Source: an uncultured Pseudomonadota bacterium (lineage in GTDB: Bacteria > Myxococcota > Myxococcia > Myxococcales > Anaeromyxobacteraceae). From it: 64,000 bases of DNA. Positions 8,692-17,655 of the stretch are shown piece after piece (the first letter of the stretch is position 1; every line of letters begins with the position of its first letter). Below the pieces are notes generated by a model that saw only the letters and a list, made by a program, of their open reading frames with translations, was not told the origin of the DNA and searched no databases. Both the position numbers and the translations under genes were made by a program. Location: assembly GCA_963736345.1 (NCBI GenBank), contig CAVTOU010000013.1, positions 246,941 to 310,940 on the forward strand. Reading direction: 5' to 3'.

Positions 8692-9441
8692 GTGAACGCC
8701 CTGCACTGGCTACTGGTGGTCTCCGCCTCGGGGGCGGCCGGCGTGATGAACGCGATCGCGGGGGGCGGCACGCTCCTCGCGTTCCCCGCCCTGCTGGCCG
8801 TGGGCCTCTCGCCCATCGCTGCCAACGTGACCAACACGGTGGCGCTGTGCCCGGGGCAGCTCTCCTCGCTGTGGGCGTACCGGGGGCACCTGGCCGACGA
8901 GCGGCGCCGGGCGGCGGTGCTGTCCGTCCCCGCGGTCCTGGGCGCGACCATCGGCTCGCTCCTGCTGCTGTGGCTCCCGGAGAGGGCCTTCGCCGCGGTC
9001 GTGCCCTGGCTGATCCTGTTCGCGTGCGTGGTCCTGGCGCTGCAGGGGCCGCTCAAGGCGCTGGCCGCACGGCACGTGGGAGGCAACCACCCCGCCGTCC
9101 ACTGGGTCGTGCAGCTCCTCATCTCGATCTACGGCGGCTACTTCGGCGCGGGCATGGGAATCCTGATGCTGGCGGCCATGGGCGTCCTCATCCCCTCGAG
9201 CATGCAGCACGCCAACGGCCTCAAGATCCTGTTCGGCACCCTGACCAACGGAGTGGCCGCCGTTCTCTTCGCCTTCGACGGCCGCGTCGACTGGCCGGTG
9301 GCGCTGGTGATGGCGCTCGCCTCGATCGCCGGCGGCGTCCTGGGCGGGCTGCTGGCGCGCCGCATGGCCCCGACCGCCATGCGCGCCTTCGCCATCGGCG
9401 TGGGGGTGTTCGCCGCGGGCAAGATCCTGCTGGTGGGGTGA
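8692..9441 (+). CDS. Sulfite exporter TauE/SafE family membrane protein
   Basis: AGVMNAIAGGGTLL..P, ANVTNTVAL.PG, YGGYFGAGMG motifs; many TM segments. Confidence 0.9.
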   Translation: MNALHWLLVVSASGAAGVMNAIAGGGTLLAFPALLAVGLSPIAANVTNTVALCPGQLSSLWAYRGHLADERRRAAVLSVPAVLGATIGSLLLLWLPERAFAAVVPWLILFACVVLALQGPLKALAARHVGGNHPAVHWVVQLLISIYGGYFGAGMGILMLAAMGVLIPSSMQHANGLKILFGTLTNGVAAVLFAFDGRVDWPVALVMALASIAGGVLGGLLARRMAPTAMRAFAIGVGVFAAGKILLVG

Positions 9442-9454
9442 GCCGCGTCGGAGC

Positions 9455-10705
9455 TCAGGGAAGCGGCTCGTCGCCCCGCATGGCGCGCCCGATCGCGGTC
9501 GCGATCTCGGGATCGCCGGGGGAGAGCGAGAGCGCGCGGCGCAGCAGGGCCAGGGCGCCGTGCGGACGGTGCGCGTCGAGCTCCGCCATCCCGAGCTTGA
9601 AGAGGGTGTCCGCCTCGGGCGAGCGCGGTCGGGCCGGGGAGCGCCAGCCGACCCCGGCCCCGACGAAATCGGGCGCGGGCGGTCCGTCGTGCCGGGCCGC
9701 GTCGGTGCGCTCGGCCGCCGGAGCCGGAGGGGGCGGAACGGACCTCGCCACGCGCGGGGCCGGCGCGGTGGGCCGGACCGGAGCCGGCGGGGCCATTCGA
9801 GCCGGGGGCTGCGTGGGCGTCCGGACCGGTGCGGGCGGGTGCGGGACGGCCGGCGCCGCCTGGGAGCGGGCAGGCGCGCCGAGCGGCGGAGGCTTCGGGG
9901 TGGCGACCGGTGTGTCGTGCGGGTCGACGTCCTCCGAGACGCGCCGCGACCGCGGGCCGGCCGCGATCGGGATCTTGGCGGTGATGCGCCCAGGGACGGG
10001 GGTGGGGGTGCGCACCGGCGCCGCCGCGGGCGCGCCCTCCGCCGCCGGGCCGCCCCCGTTCGACGCCGCGGCGCCTGCCAGGTCGGATCCGGCCCGCAGC
10101 GGCTCGCCCAGGACGTGCTTCCAGGCCACCGGGTGCGCCGCGTCCGCGCGCGAGAGGGTGATGTGCCCCCGGGCCAGCAGCGTGAACAGGGCGCGCTGCA
10201 TGCGCGGCCAGGTCCGGGAGAGCGCGGTCCTGAGCTCACCCACCCGCACCCCCGCGCCCACCGTGCGCAGCACCAGCACCTCGTCCTCCCGGAACTCCGG
10301 GAGGCTCGGGACGGTGCCGAGGAAGATCATGGCATCGACCGCCAGCCGCTCGTGCGGGCGGCGCCCGGCGAAGACGTCGGGCATGGCCTGCCGCAGCCCC
10401 TCCATCCAGCGCGCCGCCCCGGGCAGCGCCATGGCCGCGTAGGCGATCCCGACGTGCCAGGGCGGCTCCGCGCTGACCCAGGCGACGCGCCCGTCCACCC
10501 GCAGCGTCATGGAGTAGCCCGGCGCGCTCAGCGCCAGGCCGACGACGTCGCCGCGCTGCGCGGGGGCGGGCAGGACCACCTGGCACCCGCGGGAGCCGAT
10601 GTCCTCCGTGGTGGTCTCGATGGCGCCGGAGGCGAGGAACACACGGGTCCTGCAGCGGACCGGCACACGCGGGACGCGGCGCGGGTTCTCCAGATACTCC
10701 GGCAT
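9455..10705 (-). CDS. PilZ domain protein with Pro/Ala-rich linker and C-terminal TPR
   Basis: RRVPR and DIGSRG PilZ motifs, GRVAWV; C-terminal ALALLRRALSLSPGDPEI TPR. Confidence 0.8.
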   Translation of the reverse strand: MPEYLENPRRVPRVPVRCRTRVFLASGAIETTTEDIGSRGCQVVLPAPAQRGDVVGLALSAPGYSMTLRVDGRVAWVSAEPPWHVGIAYAAMALPGAARWMEGLRQAMPDVFAGRRPHERLAVDAMIFLGTVPSLPEFREDEVLVLRTVGAGVRVGELRTALSRTWPRMQRALFTLLARGHITLSRADAAHPVAWKHVLGEPLRAGSDLAGAAASNGGGPAAEGAPAAAPVRTPTPVPGRITAKIPIAAGPRSRRVSEDVDPHDTPVATPKPPPLGAPARSQAAPAVPHPPAPVRTPTQPPARMAPPAPVRPTAPAPRVARSVPPPPAPAAERTDAARHDGPPAPDFVGAGVGWRSPARPRSPEADTLFKLGMAELDAHRPHGALALLRRALSLSPGDPEIATAIGRAMRGDEPLP

Positions 10706-10853
10706 CGTGGCCGCATGTTACCGGACGAGCAGTCACGACCGTGCCACATTTCCTGCTGTCACTGGCGGGCCGGTCGCCGCCCGGCGGGACAGCCGCCGCC
10801 GTGCGGGCGCGCGCAGCGGTCCCGCCTCGGCGGCCATGTCGGGAGGCGGTCGC

Positions 10854-11303
10854 TCAGCCGGCCCGGCTCGCCGCCGCGGTGAAATAGATGAGGGCCTCGA
10901 GCGCGTTGGTGGTGGTGAGAAGTCCTACCAGGTCGCCTTTTGCGTCCATCACCAGCACGCCGTTCAGCTTGCGGTCGTGCAGAAGGCGGGCGGCATCCGC
11001 CAGCGGGGTGTCGGGCGTGACGGTGTGCGGGGTCGGGTTCATGGCCTGCCGCACGGGGGTGCGGGAGAGCAGGTAGTGCAGCTCCCACTGATCGAGCGCC
11101 GTCCCCTTGGCCGGCATGTACCCGAGCAGCATCTTCTCGGTGACCAGGCCCACCAGCCGCCCGGCCCGCATCACCGGCAGCCGGCGGATGTTCTTCTCCT
11201 TGAGGAGGTGGATCGCCTCCATCACGGTGGCGTCCTCCTCGATGGTGATGGGGCTGGGGGTCATCCAGTCTCCGACCGTCAGCTTGTTCGGCTTCATGGT
11301 CAT
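10854..11303 (-). CDS. CBS-pair domain protein (AcuB-like)
   Basis: TVGDWMTPSPITI...IRRLPVM..GRLVGLVT and VRQAMNP...LVGLLT. ATGA overlap with the livF stop; this is the C-terminal part of ORF 10854..13655. Confidence 0.85.
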   Translation of the reverse strand: MTMKPNKLTVGDWMTPSPITIEEDATVMEAIHLLKEKNIRRLPVMRAGRLVGLVTEKMLLGYMPAKGTALDQWELHYLLSRTPVRQAMNPTPHTVTPDTPLADAARLLHDRKLNGVLVMDAKGDLVGLLTTTNALEALIYFTAAASRAG

Positions 11304-12004
11304 ATCCCCAGGTAGGCCTTCTTGACGTGCGCGTTGGCCAGGAGCTCCGGCCCGCTGCCGGTGAGGACCACGCGCCCGGTCTCCAGGACGTAGGCGCGGC
11401 TGGAGACGCGCAGCGACTGGTACACGTTCTGCTCCACCAGCAGCACGGTGGTGCCCTGCTGGTTGATGGTGCCGATGACCTCGAAGATGTTGCGGGTCAG
11501 GAGCGGCGAGAGCCCCAGCGACGGTTCGTCGAGGAGCAGCAGCTTGGGGTTGGCCATGAGCCCGCGGGCGATGGCCAGCATCTGCTGCTCGCCCCCGGAG
11601 AGCGTGCCGCCCAGCTGCGCGCGGCGCTCGGCCAGCCGCGGGAAGAGCGTGAAGGCCCGCTCCAGGTTGCGGGCGCGATCGCGCCGGGCGGCCGGGAGGA
11701 AGGACCCCATGCGCAGGTTCTCGAGGACGGTCAGCTCGGGGAAGATCCGGCGCCCCTCGGGCACGTGGACGATCCCCAGCCCCACCACCTGGTGCGGCGG
11801 CATGCGGCGCAGGTCGGCCCCCTGGAACTCCAGCTTCCCGGCCGCGGGCCGGAGCAGGCGCGAGACGTTCCGGAGCAGCGTCGACTTGCCCGCGCCGTTG
11901 CCGCCCAGCACCGAGACCACCTCGCCCTCCCGCACCTCCAGGTCCACGTCCCAGAGGACGCGCAGGTCGCCGTAGGCGAAGGAGAGCTGCTCGACGCGCA
12001 GCAT
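11300..12004 (-). CDS. livF: Branched-chain amino acid-type ABC transporter ATP-binding protein
   Basis: GGNGAGKST, VPEGRRIF, LSGGEQQMLAIAR, LLLDEPSLGLSP. Confidence 0.92.
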   Translation of the reverse strand: MLRVEQLSFAYGDLRVLWDVDLEVREGEVVSVLGGNGAGKSTLLRNVSRLLRPAAGKLEFQGADLRRMPPHQVVGLGIVHVPEGRRIFPELTVLENLRMGSFLPAARRDRARNLERAFTLFPRLAERRAQLGGTLSGGEQQMLAIARGLMANPKLLLLDEPSLGLSPLLTRNIFEVIGTINQQGTTVLLVEQNVYQSLRVSSRAYVLETGRVVLTGSGPELLANAHVKKAYLGI

Positions 12005-12721
12005 TCAGGGCGCCTCCCCGAGGTAAGCGGTCACCACGTCGCGGTTCTCGACCACCTCGGCGGGCGTTCCCTCGGCCAGCTTCTCGCCCGAGTTGAGCAC
12101 CACGATGCGATCGGAGACCCGCATGATGGCCCGCATGTCGTGCTCGATGACCATCTGCGTGAGGCCGGCGTTCTTGAGCACCAGGATGAGGTCGATGATC
12201 TCGTCCGACTCGGCCGGGTTGAGCCCGCCCATCACCTCGTCCAGGAGGACCAGCTCGGGCCGGGTGGCCAGGACGCGCGCCATCTCCAGCTTCTTGCGCT
12301 CGCCGATGGGCAGCCCGCCCGCCAGCGCCGCGGCGCGGCGGTCCAGGCCCACCACCCGCAGCTGCTCCAGCGCCTCGGTGCGGGCCGCGTCCAGGGTCCG
12401 CGCCCGGGAGAGCGCCCCCACCATCACGTTGTCGAGCACCGTCATCTTCGCCAGCGGGCGGACCTTCTGCCAGGTGCGGACCAGCCCCAGCCGGCAGATC
12501 CGGGCGGGCGACAGCCCGTTCAGGCGCACGCCGCGGAAGCGGATGTCGCCGCGATCGGGGGGGTGGAACCCGGTGATGCAGTTGAAGAGGGTGGTCTTCC
12601 CCGCGCCGTTGGGGCCGATCAAGCCCAGGATGATCCCCCGCTCCACGGAGAAGGAGACGTCGGAGTTGGCGGCCAGGCCACCGAAGAACTTGGAGACGTG
12701 CCGGATCTCGAGCAGGGGCAT
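12005..12721 (-). CDS. livG: Branched-chain amino acid-type ABC transporter ATP-binding protein
   Basis: FGGLAA, GPNGAGKTTLFN, LLDEVMGGLN, IEHDM, V..AYLG. Confidence 0.92.
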   Translation of the reverse strand: MPLLEIRHVSKFFGGLAANSDVSFSVERGIILGLIGPNGAGKTTLFNCITGFHPPDRGDIRFRGVRLNGLSPARICRLGLVRTWQKVRPLAKMTVLDNVMVGALSRARTLDAARTEALEQLRVVGLDRRAAALAGGLPIGERKKLEMARVLATRPELVLLDEVMGGLNPAESDEIIDLILVLKNAGLTQMVIEHDMRAIMRVSDRIVVLNSGEKLAEGTPAEVVENRDVVTAYLGEAP

Positions 12722-12733
12722 GGGGCGCTCGGG

Positions 12734-13837
12734 TCAGGGTGCGGGCGCGGCCGCGGGCGGAGCTTCGGCCCGCCGGCGGAAGGCGCGGCGGCGGACCAGG
12801 CCGGCCACGCCGTCGGGCGCGAAGAGGATCATCACCACGATGAGCAGGCCGTACACCAGCAGGTGCGCCTGCGAGAGGTAGCGCTGGATGAAGTCCACCA
12901 GCCCCGAGCCGGCCGGCAGGAGGCCCACCGTCACCAGGCCGCGCGGGTTGCGCAGCACCTCGTCGAGCGGGACCAGCAGCATGGCGCCGATGACCGGGCC
13001 CTCCACCGTTCCGATGCCGCCCAGGATGCAGACCAGCACCATCTGGACGGAGATGTCGAGGCCGAAGGCGGCGCTCGGGTCGACGAAGCGCGAGAAGCCG
13101 GCGAACACCGCGCCGGCCATCCCCGTCAGCGCCGCCGAGATGGCCAGGGCCACGTTCTTGTTGAACGAGAGAGAGATCCCCAGCGAGTGCGCGGCGTCCT
13201 GGTCCTCGCGGATGGCCAGCAGCCGGTACCCCAGCGGCGAGCGGCGCACCAGCCGGCTCACCGTGACCGCCAGCACCGCCAGGACCAGGGTGAGATAGTA
13301 GAAGGGGCGCTTCCCGGCGAAGTCGAGCTGCAGGCCCAGGACGTGCAGCGTCGGGACGTCGGCCACCACGAACCCCTCCGCGCCACGCGTCAGCCCGCGG
13401 AAGTGGAGGGCGGCCAGGCGCATGATCTCGGCCACCGCGATGGAGGCCAGCACGAAGTACGGGCCGCGCAGCCGGAAGGTGATGCTGCCGATCACCAGTG
13501 CCACCGCCACCGCGGCCAACATGGCCAGCGGCAGGCTCCACCAGGGCGCCACGTGGAAGTACTCCAGCAGCATGACCGCCGTGTAGGCGCCGGTGCCGAA
13601 GTAGGCGGCGTGGCCCACCGAGTACTGTCCGGCGTAGCCGCCGATCAGGTTCCACGCCGATCCCTGCAGCACCGCCAGGAAGAGGATCACCCCCATGTGC
13701 AGCGGGTAGGGCTTGGTGATCGCCACCGGGAAGAGCGCCAGGAACAGCACCAGCAGCGCCGCCGGAAGGAAGGGCAGCAGCCGGCCGGCGACGGAGCGAT
13801 CCGGGGAGGTGGCGGGATCGGGTCGGGAGGGGGCCAT
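12734..13837 (-). CDS. livM: Branched-chain amino acid-type ABC transporter permease
   Basis: WNLIGGYAGQYSVGHAAYFG, RLRGPYF, AIREDQDAA, ILGGIGT..GP. Confidence 0.9.
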   Translation of the reverse strand: MAPSRPDPATSPDRSVAGRLLPFLPAALLVLFLALFPVAITKPYPLHMGVILFLAVLQGSAWNLIGGYAGQYSVGHAAYFGTGAYTAVMLLEYFHVAPWWSLPLAMLAAVAVALVIGSITFRLRGPYFVLASIAVAEIMRLAALHFRGLTRGAEGFVVADVPTLHVLGLQLDFAGKRPFYYLTLVLAVLAVTVSRLVRRSPLGYRLLAIREDQDAAHSLGISLSFNKNVALAISAALTGMAGAVFAGFSRFVDPSAAFGLDISVQMVLVCILGGIGTVEGPVIGAMLLVPLDEVLRNPRGLVTVGLLPAGSGLVDFIQRYLSQAHLLVYGLLIVVMILFAPDGVAGLVRRRAFRRRAEAPPAAAPAP

Positions 13838-13841
13838 GGCA

Positions 13842-14708
13842 TCAGGCGCGCGTCTTGCCGAGGAGGCCGGACGGCTTCACCAGCAGGAGCACCAGGAAGA
13901 GGACGAAGACCACCAGCTCCTTGAGCCCGCTGGCCACGTACACCGCCGCCAGCGATTCGACCACGCCGATGAGGATCCCGCCCAGCGTCGCGCCGGCCAC
14001 GCTCCCCATGCCCCCCAGCACCACGATCACGAAGGCCTTGAGCGTGAAGGCCGAGCCCACCTGCGGGAAGATGTAGTAGGTGGGCGAGACCAGCGCGCCG
14101 GCCGTGCCGGCCAGGGCCGCGCCCAGCCCGAAGGTCAGCACCGACATGCGCTGCACGTTGATGCCCATGAGCTGGGCCGCCTCGCGGTCCTGGGCGGTGG
14201 CGCGGATGGCCTGGCCGGTGTCGGTCTTGAGCAGGAACAGCACCAGCGCGGCGGTGATCGCCACCGTGATGACGAACGAGATCAGCAGCGGCTCGGAGAC
14301 GGACAGGCCCAGCAGGCTGAAGCTGGCCGACGAGTACGCGGTGGTCAGGATGCGGTAGTCGGAGGTGAAGGCCAGCATGACCCCGTTGGACATCACCAGG
14401 CCCAGCCCGATGGTGAGCAGGATCTGGTTCTGCGGCAGCGTTCCCAGCATCCGGTTGATGACGGCGGTCTGGAGGGCGGCACCCCACAGGAACAGCAGCG
14501 GCGCCACCACCACGATCGACAGGTACGGGTCCCAGCCCAGCCTGGTGAAGAGGATCCAGGTGGCGTACATGCCCAGCATCACCAGCTCGCCGTGGGCGAA
14601 GTTGATGACCCGCATCACCCCGAAGATCAGGGTGAGGCCGATGCCGATGAGGGCGTAGACGCCGCCCACCAGCACGCCGCTCAGGACCGATTGCAGGAAG
14701 AGGATCAT
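13842..14708 (-). CDS. livH: Branched-chain amino acid-type ABC transporter permease
   Basis: GGVYALIGIGLTLIFGVMRVINFAHGE, GQAIRATAQD, KAF..VVLGGMGS. Start set at ATG 14708. Confidence 0.92.
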   Translation of the reverse strand: MILFLQSVLSGVLVGGVYALIGIGLTLIFGVMRVINFAHGELVMLGMYATWILFTRLGWDPYLSIVVVAPLLFLWGAALQTAVINRMLGTLPQNQILLTIGLGLVMSNGVMLAFTSDYRILTTAYSSASFSLLGLSVSEPLLISFVITVAITAALVLFLLKTDTGQAIRATAQDREAAQLMGINVQRMSVLTFGLGAALAGTAGALVSPTYYIFPQVGSAFTLKAFVIVVLGGMGSVAGATLGGILIGVVESLAAVYVASGLKELVVFVLFLVLLLVKPSGLLGKTRA

Positions 14709-14763
14709 GCCGCGCTCGTGGGGCGGGCCGGCCGGACGCCGGCGCACCCCCGGGGCGATGATC

Positions 14764-15933
14764 TCACTTCCAGCCGGGGAACGGGTAGATCGCCTTGCGC
14801 TTGGCGAACTCCTTGGGGAAGACCGTCTGCGATCGCCCGTCCTGGTACTGGACCACCGGCATGACGTGGCGGTTCTGGTTGGTGAACCCCTCGTACGCCT
14901 CGAACTTGACGTTGCCCATGATCCCGGTCCAGCTTCCGGTCGCCAGGATGTCCCGCGTCCTCTTGGGATCGCCGGCGGCCTTGGCCGCGGCCTCCCCCGC
15001 GATCCGGACGGCCTCGTAGGCGCAGGCCGCGTGGTAGGTGGGCTTCTTGCCGAACCGCGACTCGTAACGGGTCGCGAACTCGCCGGCCCCCGGCCAGCCG
15101 GTGTCCGGGGTCCACTGCGTGACCGAGAACACCAGGTTGGAGATGGCGTGCTCGCTGTCGAACTGTGCGGTGTCGAACCCGGCGCCGCCGCCCAGGAACG
15201 CCTGGGGCGTGAGGCCGATCTCGCGCGACTGGCGCATGAGCAGGATGGCGTCGGCCACGTAGGAGACCATGAACACCAGGTCGGGGTTCAGGGCCTTGAT
15301 CTTGGAGAGCGTGGAGCGGTAGTCGGGCGCGCCCTTCTGGTAGGCCTCGTCCGCCACCACCTTGAGCCCCTTCTTCACCGCCAGCTCCTTGCCTGCGCTG
15401 GAGACCGAGGTGCCGAAATCGCTGGCCTCGTAGATGAAGGCGATGGTCTTGGGCTTGCCCAGCGCCAGGGTCGCGTCCAGCAGGGCCTCGGCGTAGACGT
15501 GCGCCGGCGCGTTGAGCCGGAAGACGTACGACCTGCCGGCGCGCGTGATCTCCTCCTTGGCCGAGGCCGGGATCACCATCGGGACCTGGTACTGCTGGGC
15601 GAGCGGCGCGACCGCGTTGGAGCTGGCGGAGGTGTAGGGCCCGACCACCGCGGCCACGCCCTCGCCGGTGGCGAGCTGCTCCATGGCGCTCATGGCGTTC
15701 TGCTGCTTCCCCGCGTCGTCCTGCTTGAGCAGCTCGACCTCGATCCCCTTCTTCTTGAGGTCCTCCACCGCCAGGTCGGCGCCGTTGGTGAGGTTCTCGC
15801 CGATGGGCGCCTCCGGGCCGGTCATCGAGTTGATGAACCCGAGCTTGATGGGGGCGGCGCGAGAGGCGGCCGGAAGGCCGACCAGCGAGAGCAGGGCGAG
15901 GGTGAACGCGGGGCGAAGGAGCCTCTCGAGCAT
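14764..15933 (-). CDS. livK: Liv-family ABC transporter substrate-binding protein
   Basis: Signal peptide, IKLG...MTGPEA.IG, VVGPYTS, YVFRL, DY...LSKIKA..PD. GGAGG RBS before ATG 15933. Confidence 0.85.
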   Translation of the reverse strand: MLERLLRPAFTLALLSLVGLPAASRAAPIKLGFINSMTGPEAPIGENLTNGADLAVEDLKKKGIEVELLKQDDAGKQQNAMSAMEQLATGEGVAAVVGPYTSASSNAVAPLAQQYQVPMVIPASAKEEITRAGRSYVFRLNAPAHVYAEALLDATLALGKPKTIAFIYEASDFGTSVSSAGKELAVKKGLKVVADEAYQKGAPDYRSTLSKIKALNPDLVFMVSYVADAILLMRQSREIGLTPQAFLGGGAGFDTAQFDSEHAISNLVFSVTQWTPDTGWPGAGEFATRYESRFGKKPTYHAACAYEAVRIAGEAAAKAAGDPKRTRDILATGSWTGIMGNVKFEAYEGFTNQNRHVMPVVQYQDGRSQTVFPKEFAKRKAIYPFPGWK

Positions 15934-16137
15934 GTTGTTCCTCCGGAAAGCACAGGATCCTATTCGATGCCCGCAGAGCCGGTCACGCACCCCATCCAGG
16001 TTTCCCGGGTGCAATGTGGCGGATTCCAGGGCGAGGGAAGGCGGCCGCTTGCGCGGAGATGAAAGGGCCGCCGAGTTGACTCCCGGCGGCCCCCCTGTTG
16101 CGATTCTCGGCACTGCCGCGCGGCGCCGCCGCGTGCA

Positions 16138-17487
16138 CTAGAAGCCGTACCGGATGCCCAGGCCGAGCGCCTGGGGATCGGCGCCGGCCGGAGTCTTCCC
16201 GGCGATGTCGGGAGCGCCGGCGGTTCCGAAGGTGTACTGCGCGCGCTTCTCGTTCTGGATGATCGTGTAGTGCACGTAAACCTGGGCGGTCTTCGCCAGC
16301 CAGTACGCGTACCCCACCGCCAGGTCCCAGGCGCCGTAGTTCGACGTGTCGGAGGCGGCGCCGCCGGCCAGGGAGGCCTTGCCCTTGGCCGCCACGGAAT
16401 ACCGCGCGCGGATCTCGTTGTTGCCGATGCGGTGCTTGGCGCTCACCTGCCAGGCGAGGCGGTCGTACTTCTTCACCGCGCCGGCTGGCGCATCCGACTG
16501 CTCGTAGATGAGCTGCTCGACCATGGCGCCGGCCGTGGTGGTGCCCGCCGACCAGCCCAGCTCGTAGCCGGCGGCGACGTGCCAGGCCTGGTCGGTGGAG
16601 TGGATGGCGGCGGTGGCCGTCCCGGCGGTGTTGCCGACGGTGGCGCCGAAGGTCGAGTTCAAGGACGCGGAGTTGGTCGCGCTCGTGACGGGGTTGAGGG
16701 CCACGAGCCCGAACGCGTCGCGGTGATTCTCGTACGCGGCGCCCACCGAGAGGGGGCCGTTGTCGTAGTTCACCGCCGCCGAGTAGAGGGTCGGGTCCTG
16801 GGTGCCGCTCGGGTTCTTGAAGTAGTCGGCGCCGTACGCGAGCTTGAAGCTCAGCCCCGACCACTTCGGCGAGTGGTAGGCGACGGTGTTGCTGAGGCGC
16901 ACGGCGAAGCTGGCGACGGGCGTGGCCGAGCCGGTGACCCAGCCGCTGGTCTTGGTGTTGAAGCCCGGGCTGGTCATGATCGACTCGAAGTCGTACACGT
17001 CGGTGGCGTAGAAGGGATCGTCGGCCTTGGTGCCGAAGATGGTCGCCTTGTAGGGCGTGTCCCAGTTCCCGTAGAAGAGCGTGCCGTAGACGGGGCTGCC
17101 GAGGCCGATCCGGCTGTTGCGGCCGCAGATGCCCGCGGTCCCCACGCCGTTCAGGGCGGCGCTGGTCTCGCACTGGTAGACCACCTGCAGGCCATGGAGC
17201 ACGTCGAGGGTCCCCCGGATGCCGATGTTGGACGAGTCGGGGGAGACCGCGGTCCGCGACTTCACGTTGGCGGCTCCGACGGTGGCACCCTCGGCCTTCG
17301 TGTACTGGAAGTTCACGTTGAGCGTGCCGTAGATGGTGAACGGCAGCTTGAACGCCTCGGCGGGCTTGGGGGGCTCGGCGGGCTTGGGCGGCTCGGGGGG
17401 CGGCGGCTGCTCGGTCTGCTGCTGCGCCAGCGCACCGGTGGCGAGGGCCGCGGCGGCAGCTGCGGCGAGGAGTTGTCTGAGGGACAT
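16138..17487 (-). CDS. Gram-negative porin (Porin_4-like)
   Basis: Signal peptide, TIYGTLNV, SSNIGIRG, RNSRIGL...GTLFYG, NTVAYHSP, C-terminal GLGIRYGF with terminal Phe. Confidence 0.85.
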   Translation of the reverse strand: MSLRQLLAAAAAAALATGALAQQQTEQPPPPEPPKPAEPPKPAEAFKLPFTIYGTLNVNFQYTKAEGATVGAANVKSRTAVSPDSSNIGIRGTLDVLHGLQVVYQCETSAALNGVGTAGICGRNSRIGLGSPVYGTLFYGNWDTPYKATIFGTKADDPFYATDVYDFESIMTSPGFNTKTSGWVTGSATPVASFAVRLSNTVAYHSPKWSGLSFKLAYGADYFKNPSGTQDPTLYSAAVNYDNGPLSVGAAYENHRDAFGLVALNPVTSATNSASLNSTFGATVGNTAGTATAAIHSTDQAWHVAAGYELGWSAGTTTAGAMVEQLIYEQSDAPAGAVKKYDRLAWQVSAKHRIGNNEIRARYSVAAKGKASLAGGAASDTSNYGAWDLAVGYAYWLAKTAQVYVHYTIIQNEKRAQYTFGTAGAPDIAGKTPAGADPQALGLGIRYGF

Positions 17488-17655
17488 GGGCTCCGGGCGT
17501 GCGGCCAGCCGTCCGGCCGGCGCCAGGAGGGCGCCGGGGCTTCGGCCGCTCGCCCGTCCTAGAGACCCTGGGTCGGGGAGGGAAGGGCCCGAGGGGACCG
17601 TCTGCCCACCAGGGCCGAGTGGCGACGCCACACCCGGGGGCATCCAAATGAACCC

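Noticed and set aside
5665..10442. Very long alternative-frame and antisense ORFs (e.g. 5665..8706 -, 7011..10442 +; likewise 17746..21807, 28443..31727, 43722..47561, 58344..62009)
   Set aside because: Arg/Gly/Pro/Ala-rich shadow frames expected at this GC content. They overlap well-supported genes, and only the segments noted as features are real.
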